Positions 1 through 12,700 of a DNA stretch of 64,000 nt are shown piece by piece. Position 1 is the first letter of the stretch. Each line of letters starts with the position of its first letter. The translations under genes were made by a program, and so were the position numbers. The stretch covers positions 45,572,001 through 45,636,000 of the forward strand of contig CM052816.1 in assembly GCA_028534125.1 (NCBI GenBank), read 5' to 3'. The notes beneath the pieces were generated by a model. The model ran no database searches, was not told the origin of the DNA, and saw nothing but the letters and a program-made list of their open reading frames with translations. Origin of the DNA: Lama glama. Its lineage: Eukaryota.

Positions 1-3000
1 GTAACATGAACTTAACATCTGAAGCCAACAAAACCCAAATCCCAAACATGCAATTGAAGCACCTTTTCCAAAAACATTAGAAAGGCGTTCCGTTTGCAAT
101 TGTCTAGAAGCTTTATACATGCTTACCGTTTATTAACACATTATTGTTTAACCCACTTCTAAATATTTCCACTTAGTAGAACATCAGGAAGTTCAACATG
201 TAAAAGCTACAAAGGCACATGCTAAAATGGAAAACACAAACATACACTCCAAAACATGCACCAGAACATAAATGTTCTGTAAAGTAAAGAAAATTATTAA
301 GTCCTCATGGTCAAAACTAGTAATGACATAAGTAAATTCTTCCTTCACTTCTTAAAAGGATACAAATTCCTTACACTGGTATGCAATGTGATTTTACACA
401 ATGCATGCATAAAAATGCTTGCAAATACCTGAAAATCACATTTCTTTAAATTGTAACTTACATATATCATCAATGATTTTGTTTTATAAAAAGAAATACA
501 AAGGAAAGGTGTCAAATCTGTACATCAACCTCTGTAACTTTCCCAAAGTTACAGTTATCCTTCCTGGATAATTGAGGTATTTTAGATACTTTCCATTCCT
601 GGCTTTTATCCTCATGTAATACTTTGTAAAAGTGAAGAAAATCTTAGTAGTCATTTCTTCTAAATGGCTGAAAGTGGAAAGTAAGCTCCTAGAGAGTACT
701 GCTGTAGCCATCTAGCTTGCTGAAAAGATGCTGAATTCAAAAGTTTTACAATGAGGAGCACAAGTTAAGGTATACTAATAAACTGTATCACTAAAAATAA
801 TAATTATTATAAAAAGATAAATGAATTGATGCTTAAAAGGCTGAAAAGAACACATCCTTATTCAAATTTTAGAGCATAGACATATAGTTGAAATCCATGC
901 ATAGTCATTAAAAATACCACTTTTACTTAGTTATCCAAATAAGTAAACACTTCTGACACTTTTTAAACAAGGAGAGTAGAAACAAAATGAAATATTAAAA
1001 CCCTTTCCAAGTATTTTTAACTGCTAGAACTTTCTTTATTCTTGAAGAAAATAAAATTAAATAATTATTTCTAATAAAAAGGTTTCTTAAATTAAAATAC
1101 CATAAATTAATTAATTTGGAGATTATCTTAATTTCAATTACTAAAAAACAAAATAAAATTTTCATACTAAATTAAAGCACATATAATTTTAATGCAATAA
1201 ATTATCTGGGGACAGCAGAAAATATAAGAAAGCAAAAACATCAGAAAGATTTCTAAATAAGATTTCCTCAAATACTTCAATGTTTAATGTACACATTTTT
1301 AAATGCTTCAATTCAAAAAAAATTTTTTTAATTGTCATTACATTAGTAGACTGGGACTTGGATGATGGTTTTTTGAAACATACAGGAATTGCTAATAGGA
1401 ATCAGAGTGTCCAAAAGTTAGGATTTAACCGAAAGATGGGTAGAAGCAGCCATAATCGCCAGACCATTTCAAGTTTTTATACTTGTACAGCTCACATGAA
1501 CAAAGGCAAAGGCACGACAGGAAAACCCTGGCGTCTCTATTGTACACCATGCAGAATTCCTCAAGCGTTTATTACTGAAAGGCACAGACAGAGCCTTGGC
1601 GTCATTAAGCTGTTTCACCTACTTTACTATCTGGTGACACAAATAAAAAGGTATACAGAGTCATGGTTTTCGAATTTTAAAAAAAGTCACAAAACAAAAG
1701 TATACTTCAAAAAGAAAATCATGGAAGTTTTATCAAGTGCTAAAAATGCAATGAGGATACAAGTGGCAAAAAAAAGTGTAGGTCAATAAGAATCCATGTT
1801 GAAGGGGAACCTGTAAACATCGCAATAAAAAATGTGGCTGTAAGGTGGTACAGAGATTTGGGAAAAATACACCATTAAAGGTGAGACTAAAAGTAAAATG
1901 CCAAAGAGAGAAAAAAGTAAAATCCTTCTAAAAACTTATTACATGTAAAAATACTCAGTCTAATACTACCAAATTAGTATCACCTGTGAAAATTTAACAA
2001 GTTACCATGCAAGTAACTTGCATGAATATACTGCGAGAAGCACAGTTTGAAACACAACACACACACATAAAAGGTACAGCACGTATTCCTTAAACACATA
2101 AATCTTGTAAGCCCACTGCAAATCAGGTCAACAGTGGGGACAGCGTGAAGACTTTCCGAACAGTCAAAACAGAGTATTGACTTTGCCCCTTTAAGGCCGA
2201 CTGCCAAGAAGCAGGTCTATTTAAAATGCTTCCCAGGAAAAATTACCAGAAAGCTACCTTCTACCTAGAGGAGGAGTAAAAGAACAAAGAAAAAGAAAAA
2301 ATTAGAAACAAATGTTTAGTTTTCTAAATATAAGGAAAGGACAGAAGGTAGGTCCTAGAGAGGGAAGGTAAAATTTTCAGGTAACAAACACTTTTACTGA
2401 CCTGCCTTCTAGTTTTCACCCAGGATGAAGGCCTAAGGAGAACCCTCCTCTACCAGAGGGTCTGACTAACTCCTGGATGATTACCTTGATATGAAATCTA
2501 GAGCTCACTGAAAGGTGGTGGCACATTTTAACTCAAAGCAGAAGATCTACCATGTGGGCTCTAAGCCTAGCCTAACACAAATAAGAAATATGAATATCAA
2601 ATTCATTCTAATAACCCAGAGTGTTTCATCTATTTGTTTCTAAAACAAATCAGGATTCTTTTTACAAAGATAAACATCAACTATGATGTGTATAAAAATA
2701 ATGGAAAATAAACACAGGACACATATTATAACAGATTCATGTATACATGGTAGACAGGTACCATCCAAATGGACTGTGCTCTACAATAGAAAATAATTTA
2801 AAACAATTACAGAGATATGAATTAGGTGAAGCACAAACTGTCAATATGAACAGTTAACAAAAAAAGGTATTTCTAATACAACACTTTGATATATTTTATT
2901 AAAGAATCACAATTGTTCAAATCTTTGCCTAGAAAAGAATCATGCTGCCTCCAAAAAAAGGAAAATTTTTAAACCCACTGAACATGACATAATGATTATG

Positions 3001-5179
3001 ATGCTGCAGAGCTGTGTGGAGTGAAACATCCAACACAGATTTAGAAATAGCACATCTATACATAGTTTGTAACCACAGTAAAAATCTACTGTCCCATATT
3101 TCTAAATTCTTCCCATTACATTTGGAAGAAAGTGATATTTACCACTGGGCATCTATCCAGTTTCTTTTGGACAAAAATGTAGAAATAGGATTCTAGAGAA
3201 CTCAATACATTATTAAACATTAAGGCAATTTCTCCCCATGAACTGAAAATGCATTCTAGAGCCAGAAGTTCAGCAGAGTCCACATTTCAAATCTAATCAC
3301 ATGAATGAAACTCCAACACTAGGCCAAAAGCAATGTTAACATTGTTAAAATGCGACATGGCATGAACTTTTCCACCCCATTTGTTTAGCAGTTATCTGTG
3401 AAGAATCACCATGAAGTTTTCATTAATTCATTTTTGTAAACACGTGCTTGATAGACATTTCTCTGGGCAATGTTGCAACAACATAAAAGAATACACACAC
3501 AAAATACTGAATTCTTAAGTTCAACATCACATTTTTGAAAAAAGAAAATTAATTTAGACTTTAGGAAAAGGTTTAGGAGGAAAGGGAAAGAAAAGTGAGT
3601 AAAAAAATAGAAATTCTTCTCAGTTTTTATTTAGAAGAAGTAAAAAGTCTAGGGAGTACTAATTAATGAAAGCAATTCACTGTTTTATTTCCTTTACCAA
3701 ACTCATGCTCATAGACTGATACGATAAAGCAGATTTTTAACCATGTGTTTTAATGACTCATCATTTGCCCTCCTTACACTTCCTACAGATTACTTCACTG
3801 TTGGAAACTAAAGACCACAATCTGATTTGCAGGTTAAATTCGTTCAGGGGAAGAACACAGGTACCCCTGCCTGCAGTTTCTCCAAGATGACGTGGTGCTC
3901 AACAGAAGAGCCTCCAACCCACCACCACCATCACCACCCAGACTCTCACAAGATCCACTTTATGACACTAGCTGTTTTACAGTTAAAATCTCTTTAAAGT
4001 AATCCTGGACATTCAAATATTTTTGTATTTAAAAAAAATCCCATCATATTGCTGAAAATTACATACCTAGTCTAGCTCTCAAGTCCTTCCTTAAATCTAA
4101 TCCTTTCTGCTCCCTGAATTTATTTATACCCTCCATGGCGCTAACACTTTTGTTGTCTTCTTCTACGTTACTTTTTTCCCTGTATCTCTTCAAGAAAACA
4201 AGTCCAAAGTTCTCTACGCTTTAATCTGTCTTCTCCAGTTTTTCTTCTTTCCTTGCTCTCGTAGCCAATAAGCAGAATATCCCCTAAGGCAGTGCCTCCC
4301 ACATTTAATGCAGTGAAGGACAAGGGGTTTTTGTTTGTTTTTTTGTTTTCTTGATCTATTATAGACTGACATTTTTGTAAAACACAATAAAATAAATTAC
4401 TACATAATTTAAATGGCAAAAAGAACTCATACAAAATATAAGCCCATATAGATCACTTTTGGATATCACAACAAAATGCGATCGTTATACAAGTCTCTAG
4501 AAAAGATTCTTTCGTTGTTGAGCTCAACTTGTCACCAACCAGGAGCAGACACTTAGTATGCAGATGTCAGTTTGAGGACGGTACTCTGAGGAGCACTGCC
4601 CCAAAGGCCTCGAGGTCCTGTATTTTGTTATCCTTAGTTATTTGCTCTCCATCCCAAGTCCTCCTTTAAAACTCCTCTGCGTTAGCACTGTTCCCTCTAG
4701 CCCATTGGGGAATCTAATCTCCCTTGTTGCCTATATTAGTACGAGATGCACTAGTTAATTTTCTCTTCTGATAACTAATGAAGACACTCTCTTACTCTGG
4801 TCTCTTCCCACCTCTCTGGCAGAGCCTCCTCTCCTCGCTCCTCTCTCCTTCGCCTTCTGCCCTTCCCAGCACCTTAGTCTGGTGTTCCACACAGCTCCAC
4901 CCTTGACAACTTGCTTTGCTTCCTCTCTCCACTTAGATCTTTTTAATTTCCCTGATTTCAACTATGATCTCCAAAAATCCAGTTTCTAACCTCTAGCTGA
5001 AGATAGGGTCAGGTTCTCTCACCAATGCTCTCCTCTCACATGGACACTGTTACACAAATTCAGTATTCTTCCAACTCAGATCCTGAAATATTTACCCAAA
5101 CTTTCTGCATTGTCAGGTGCTGCAGTTGACAAGCTAAGGCAAAACAAAGTTTCTTCTCACAAGGTGCCCTAGCGCATAA

Positions 5180-5390
5180 GCTTCGAGTTCAGGCAGCACT
5201 AGGTTTAAACTCTACCATGAATAACTACATGCTAGGTCGTCCCTCTAAAATTCAGTTTCCTTATGTGAAAATCCGGTGTGTATCATCATACCTACTTGAT
5301 AGCTCTGCTGTTAAAATGAAGTGAAATAATGGATGTGAAATGTCTGGCACACAGAAAACACTCAATAAATGTTATTGCTGTTGTCATTAT
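5180..5390 (+). mobile_element. MIR SINE
   Basis: tcagtttccttatgtgaaaat core and tgtctggcacacag...ctcaataaatgtt tail. Confidence 0.75.
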
Positions 5391-5639
5391 TATTAAGATT
5401 AACCTCTCCGGCAGCGACTTTTTACTTGTATTAAACTACAAATAATTTTCTCAGAGTTGCTGATCTGTCTTTAGATTGGACTTAGGGCAATTTGTTAGTC
5501 ACTTTTACTCACTATTGCTATGACAACATGAAATTTGAAATCATTAATAAAGAGCATTGGAAAATGGCTCAGACATTACATTAAGTTAAATAAACTTGCA
5601 AGTTGGAAGTACGTAAGGTAAGAGCTGATGCACACTAAA

Positions 5640-5735
5640 ATGCATTCAGTTTCCAGCACAGCCACTAACTAGCTATATGATTTTGTCCAGTCACTTAATC
5701 TCTCTGTGTCTCAGTTTTCTCATCTGTAAAATCAA
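5640..5735 (+). mobile_element. MIR core fragment
   Basis: agtcacttaatctctctgtgtctcagttttctcatctgtaaaat. Confidence 0.75.
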
Positions 5736-6124
5736 AAACCAAATGCAGGATTTATGTCCTTTTCATCTATTACCTCTTTGAGGTATAATTATCTTTTTAA
5801 ACAGAAATTATAATGAAACACAGACTCTAAATATGAGTTTTATCTCAAACTGACTTATTCAAAGACAAAAACACTGCTATAATGTTTTAAACAAAAAGTA
5901 GCCTAAAAAATGTAAACCCAAATATGATGCAAAATATTAAGAGCCAAAGAAATTATTGTTTCTTTAAGGGAAAAAAAGGAGATTTTATAATTTTTTCTAG
6001 TTTGGCACTTTGTTCATAAAGTACACAAACAAATAAACATAAAATCCAGGCTAATATATTCACTGATTACAAACTACTGTTTGTTTTGTACAGAGGGCCA
6101 ATGTTTCACCATTTAATGTCAACA

Positions 6125-6350
6125 GTTACCACTGAGCACACACACACTATGTGATCAGAACTATGCTAAGCATGTCACACTTACTAGCTCACTTAATCCA
6201 CACACAGAAACCTATGAAGGAAGTTGTATTTCCCGTCATCTGACAGATGAGAAAGCTGAGCATCCCAGGTTTGACTAATTTCCTCAAAATCACACTAATG
6301 GGGAGTGGCAAGCTAGAACACAATATCAATCTGCAAGGCTCCTAAATCTA
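6125..6350 (-). mobile_element. MIR SINE
   Basis: Antisense core acagatgagaaagctgag; ctcacttaatccacacac. Confidence 0.6.
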
Positions 6351-6521
6351 GTTAAACAGTTCACCATACAGCCCCAGCCCAAATAAGCTCCATGCACATT
6401 AACAAACCCAGCTGTACAAAATAATGAAAGAATTTTTAAAATGGGAAACTTTAAAAGACTAGACAAAAAATGGCATCCATGGAAAAGAGAATGAATGTGC
6501 ACAACAAAAAAAGGAACCCAC

Positions 6522-6731
6522 CTTCATGACCTATGACAGATCTGGAAGCTGTCTGAAAGCTAACAATGCCCGCCACATTGTCATTGGCCAAAATGTTCAC
6601 TGTGACGGTGTCGGAGCTGGGCGAAATCCGACTTCCGCCTTCAGTGTACACCAAACCGACGATGATGCTCTCATCATCCTCGGGCTCAGTATCATCCAAA
6701 ATGGTTAAAATGGCTGTCTTTTTGGTTTCAC
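6522..6731 (-). CDS. ADGRV1: ADGRV1 exon (~34), 210 nt: (G)[17 protein letters not shown]...RSVIGHE
   Basis: tttatag|GT acceptor, AAG|gtgggt donor; the next constitutive exon appears to lie beyond position 1. Confidence 0.95.
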
Positions 6732-9700
6732 CTATAAAGAGTTAATGGAATAAAACCTAAGTAAGAAAAATCATCAACAGAGAACTTATAAAGGCCCAAA
6801 ACAACTTCTTTCAAAAAAAAGTTAAGCAAAAATACGTGAGTGAATTACAACAGTTCAGTATCACAAGCAATATAGTTGCCACCATAAGCAAATGTTATAT
6901 GTTAATCTCTATCCTCTTTCACATATAAGACACTAAAATTTCATTAATATGGACAGATTGTGGAAAAGGACATTTTGAATTATATAAAGTTAAAGGGTAG
7001 AATTATTTCAAAGAATCATGGTTTTACTTCCTGGTCTTTAGCCCAGAACAATGACCTAGGTAGGGGAAGAGGTTCTAAAGCATCTTCTGTTTAGAAACAG
7101 CTCCCTTTAGGAGAATGGAGTCTCATTCTCATTCTGGTGTTAAAACTGAGAACGATTTTCAGGTAATCAAGCTGATACTTCCCTGAAAGACCAGGAATGC
7201 TTAGGGAATAGCAGTCAAAATGGGAAACAGAAACAGGATGATTAATTCTGAGCTAAAGAACCCGCCTAAATGAGGTAAGTCTTCCAGAAGCCAGATGAGA
7301 TGACACCATCAGATACCAGTTTGCAGGCTGTGGACCTTAAAGAAAAGAGGCAGGACCAAGAGTGCCTCCAGAGAGCATGGATTATCTAAGAATTTAGGTT
7401 GGCTATAAACTACAGGCCATTTTGTGTGAGACTAAAGTTACAACTCACGGTAACACTAATTTGTATAATGCTATTATTTTACATGATAACTTCTTTGTAA
7501 TTACCAAAGTCAGTAAAAAAACCTAACTTAAAATTTTCATCTCCACTCCCTCCTCATTAAATTTTCATTATTTCCTTTGAAATAGGGAGAAATGTTACCA
7601 ATCACCAATCTGTGGACCCCTCCCCCACAAGAAGCATATCATTATTCCACTGTTCCCAAAACCAATTACTAGAAAATAACCATTATAGAAAAGTTTTATA
7701 GTATTTTTAAATTTTTCTGTAAAATATAATGCTTATTAGATGTTTCAAAAAGTATAATCTATATCCATCATGACCCCAATTACTGTTTCCAAAAAAGTAT
7801 ATGCATTAAAAAGTTAAATGATAAAAGAGGCCATGAATTGCTCTAAGATATAAAATTGTGAATGACATTTACTTCCTCATTTTGTTGAATAACCTTAAGT
7901 TTCTATGAGTATACATTACTTTTCAATCAGAAAAACAGTATGTTAAAAAAATATATAAAACTTATAATTGCCCAAATCAGGATTTAAACAATGATTTCAG
8001 TAAAAATACGTTTCTCCTACTCAAAGAAAACTATATTAAATATATGAAATTCTGAAATTTTCAAGAATTAGATGACTGAAACAGCCTTGGAAAAGAATCA
8101 GTGAATCTGACCCTAATTCTAACTATTGTCAAGTTCTCTGTAATTTAATTGTTCACGAAAATTTAAAACAGTGTTCCCATCCAAATCTAAGGACAGTATT
8201 GTAAGTTGATCTATCACTAGGCCTAATTTAACATGAATGAAGTCAGCAAGGTTTATACTATTTATACTTACAAATGATTCTCTTTGGAGGTTTATCCTGA
8301 TTTGTCTAGTGCATATGAAAAAGCTTCCCAAATAATACTCATTTTCCTAGCTACCAATACTTCTTACCCACATGTCTGGTTGTAGATACATGGCTCATTC
8401 TTGTAACTTGCTTTTCAAAAGTAAAACTTGCTTTACAGATGGCCTCTACATTTCCTTAAAGCCTCTCTACCACAAATAAAAAGGATAAAATTCACACATT
8501 CCCTAAAAATCTTCTCTTTTTAATAAACTACAAAATACACATGGCGGGCCCTATCAGTCTACATATATCAGTCTACATATATCAGACTACATATTAACAA
8601 GCAAATTAACTTCCATTTTTTTTCAAAACTATCATGCACTTTTACGTATCAGCAAGAGTGTACACAGTTAGAATTCATATGAACATTGTCATAAAAACGG
8701 ACTATAATGACTTTGTCAGGGAGAACTGAAATTCATTTAGAACATCACTCACCTTCAGCAAAAGTCAGAATGTCTCCAGCACCTATAAAATCTAAACCTT
8801 CAGTAGCTGTTCCACCAACAATACGCCATTCAACTGTCACCTGACCCAAGCTGCCCCCTGTCCTGTGGATCATCATCTCCACTGTGGCTTGGGGCTGCTC
8901 TTGAACTTCGACATATAAGCCATCTTCTGAGGTATTGGGGCTAATACTGTAGATCACAAACACTCCGAAGGCATCACCATTTAATGCTATGACAACTGTA
9001 GAAGTATTTGGCTGTCCTATGGTTGGCTGGTTTTTAAAACTGGCTGTGATGTTCATGAGATGAACTTCAAGGAGAGAAATTAGGAAACCCTCATCCATCT
9101 CTGGGAAATCGTCGGGAAGAACAGAAACTGTGAGATTTGCAAATTCATCACCTTCCAGCATTATGGCCCACTGCCTTGTCACGGGCTCATAGTCACTACC
9201 AGCCACAGCCTGACCGCTAAAAAGAGATGCTACCCTGGTCATGTTTTTCTTGTAGGTCCAAAAGTCTGAGCCGTTAACAGTTGGGGTGATCCATGATGTC
9301 ACCCAAAAACACCGGGGGCCTTCAGAAGCACTAAAAAAGGAAAACGCTGAGCATGCATGTTCTTTGAGGCACAAAGTGGCACAGGTATACTGGGGTTCCC
9401 CCACTGCAGAGACATTCACCCACGTCCTCCAATGTAGATCAGGCACCCCTTGAATTGGCGATTCATAGTAGGACAGTAAATCTTGACCTTCCTCAACCGC
9501 AAGGGCCACTACATCAATGTCGGAAGTACTGTAGAACAACAGCAGCCGACCAAAGTGCCCTCCGCTAAAACGTGGAGCGACAATTAAAAGACAGGTTAAG
9601 CACTCAAAGCAATCTAGGGATTACATATAGCGAAGAGAATGCTGATGGCGGTTTTCACTCTTTTTTTGTAAATGTATCAAGTACTAGGACAAGCATAACT

Positions 9701-12700
9701 ATGCGTCTTAATCACATTTGTCTTTCACATTATTTTCTCTCATGTAAGGATACCTGGCTAGTTTCTGATCAAACAATGCTTATTTTTAACCAAGAAGTAT
9801 CCTGGAAGATACGCAAATCATAACCATTAGAGAATCTTCAAACAGAATTAGAAAACGGATCTTCATTGCCAGATTTCACTGGAACAAGTAACAATGATAA
9901 CAACAGGAGTACATTTTAAGGAAATGTAATTATTTGCCACCAGGTCACAAGACCACATATTTTCTATTTCTGAAGGAGGTCAGTGAACTGTATGCTGCCT
10001 CAGAAAAGAAATGCAGAAAAAACAGAACCTGAAAATCAACCACTTTATATGGCACCTGAATGTTCTTTAACTTAGAAGCTAGTTGCAGTTAAGCTCTAAT
10101 TCAAACAAATCACAGATTAAAGCAATGAATTTCTGGGGTTGGAAAGCCCTATGATGTATAATCCATTTCACTAATAATAGGCATGATAAACACAATGAGC
10201 TTCTTGTATTAAGAGGCATGATTCAATTAACAAACTATAATAACCTATAAAAAATTCGCATTACATAAAAACTACCAAACTTAAATTACTTAACTGATCC
10301 TTTCCCACCACCCCACAATTCCCATCATCCCCACAGACACAAGTAGCCATCTCATATACCTTCTCCTGACAGTTATGTTAGCACAGGAACTTCTCTCCAG
10401 AGGCTCTTGAACACGATAAACCGACTGAACAAAGGCTACCGTACCGTAAGGATTATCATTGGCAGGAATAATAATATTTGCCACTCGATCTAACCCAACA
10501 GTACCTCCACCAGAGGCATCAGTTAGTTGCACTTGGATAACCTAAAAATACAGTGAAAACTTCCTTAACAGAATCTTGGCTCTGAAATTAGAATAAAAAC
10601 GATGCAGGAAAAAAATCAATAATATCCATTCAAGTACAGAACAAAATGGAGTGCAATATAAAGAAACCTCTACATTACATTTACAAACCCAGCATGTAAC
10701 AGAATAATCCACCACCAACTTTAGTAACAGAGCATGATTACACATAAGAAATATAGGCTGTTCAAGTTTCTTAATATGCTGTTATATAATCTTGTCAATC
10801 AATTTTAAGATGCTGTTTATGTTTATCACTTCAATAATACACTTTTATATCCTATACCTTCTTTCACTTAGGGAAAATACTGCATGCGTGTTTTGTGAAT
10901 AGTTAATTTATTATGCTTTATTTCCCACATTCTCATAAATGGAAATTCTCTGATAAAATTTAAAACAAAAAAATATGATTCACCTAAATTTAGAGAAAAG
11001 AAAATGTTTTATATGTATTAACTAATATCTAATATTTTAGAAGTGAATGACACAATTAGCATTCAAATGAAATTTTATGGACTTATCTTCTATGAGAATC
11101 TGACACTCTTAAAAAATAAATGCTATTAAGTGTAATTTTATGAGATCTAGGTTTTAATAATACTTGAATTTCATAAAATAAAATGATCTTCAGCCAATAT
11201 ATGCTAGTGATGAATCAATTTTCCCACTAAGACTCTATCTGCCACCTTGCTTCTTCAACTTGAAAAGCAAGTATCAGGAAGATAAATCTAGCATGGTATT
11301 TGTCACATAGTTAATTCTCAAAATTGTTGAAGAATAAATGAGTGGAAAATCAAAATCTATACTTAAGACCGACTGGCCCACACTCAAGCCAAAAGGGAGT
11401 CTGAATATAAACAAATTAAGAGTTTATATGGAACAATACAGCAAAACTTATGACAGATTATATATATATTGAATCATTAAAGCAAAATATTGAAAAATAT
11501 GTAATTGTATCCAAAAAAATTCTTATACTAGTAAACTGGTATGTGTACAAGATCTATTTCTAGAATATTCTTGCATTTGTTGTCTGTAAGGATCACTTTC
11601 ACAGTACCAAACTTGAACATTCTTGCAAAAATAATTTACTGGACACCTCTATAAATGTCACAGTAACAGTCATCTGTTCTAGTCACTATAAGACAAGATA
11701 TAATTCACAGTGTCATTCTAGACTAGCCATTCCTCTCACCTCTTCAATCTCCGGAACGTCGTCAGCCAGGACCTCTAACAACAAGGTTTGAATGGTTTCC
11801 CCAGGGGCAAAGGTCACATTACCTGAGACAACTCGCAGGTCGCCAGTAGCAAGCTGTCCATTAATGGTGGCAACCCACTGAACAGTAACATTGCCGAGTG
11901 TCCCAGAATTTCGAATTATTGGCAGGTTTACCTTCACTGAGTTAAACTCAGGTTCCTCAACAATAAGTTTAGTAGTCTGAAAACCTAAAGGGCAAAGCAG
12001 AGTTAATTTCAATTACAAAGTGAAACCAAGTCAAGGGAGAGCTAACCAATTGCCATCCTATAGTCGATTCTTTTTTCCCCTGAGCAATCTAGGAAGCTGA
12101 ACTCCACAAAATCAGGGAAACATGCTGTGACACAAGTTGGTCAGGCCTGCCAAATCTTCCAAATTATTTTTCATTATGACAGAAGCAGAAATCATAAACT
12201 CAGATGCCCGCAGGGGTCAGGCATATACCAGTCAATGTGAAGTGGGTCTAGTGAGCTCTGTGGCTAACTGCATAGTACAAGCCTGGCAGTTGGCATTTTG
12301 TTCCCATGACTGATGGTATGCAGGAAAGGGGGCTTGATGTTGCCAGATTACTCTATTATGAAGAAAGCCCAGAAATTAAGAAAGTTCTGTGAATTAAATT
12401 AGTTTTTTAAAGATTCACCAAATACACCTAGGAGCCAGATCTGACCTAAAAGCCTAAAAGTGTGTGATTTCCAGATTTTTCCTAGGAGGTTGGTTTCTTT
12501 TTTTAATGGCAACTAACCACTGCTAGTACACAAGTGTTCTATGTGTCAGTGACAACAGGTTAAAAGGAAACATGATCAAATCAATTGAGTCACTAAAGAT
12601 AAAGAAATGTACACAGACAAGTGTACATTGTCTGAATCTATGCAAACAAGTAAAAGACACAGACTAGTCTCATTACCAAATAATCCATAGGGGTCATCAG

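Noticed and set aside
1280..1789. 169-aa plus-strand ORF
   Set aside because: No recognisable domain, composition reflects AT-rich DNA, no supporting gene structure; treated as chance.
2247..2264. 18-nt exon-like unit after a strong pyrimidine tract
   Set aside because: In phase 1 it reads GRR-stop and has only a moderate donor, with no further support.
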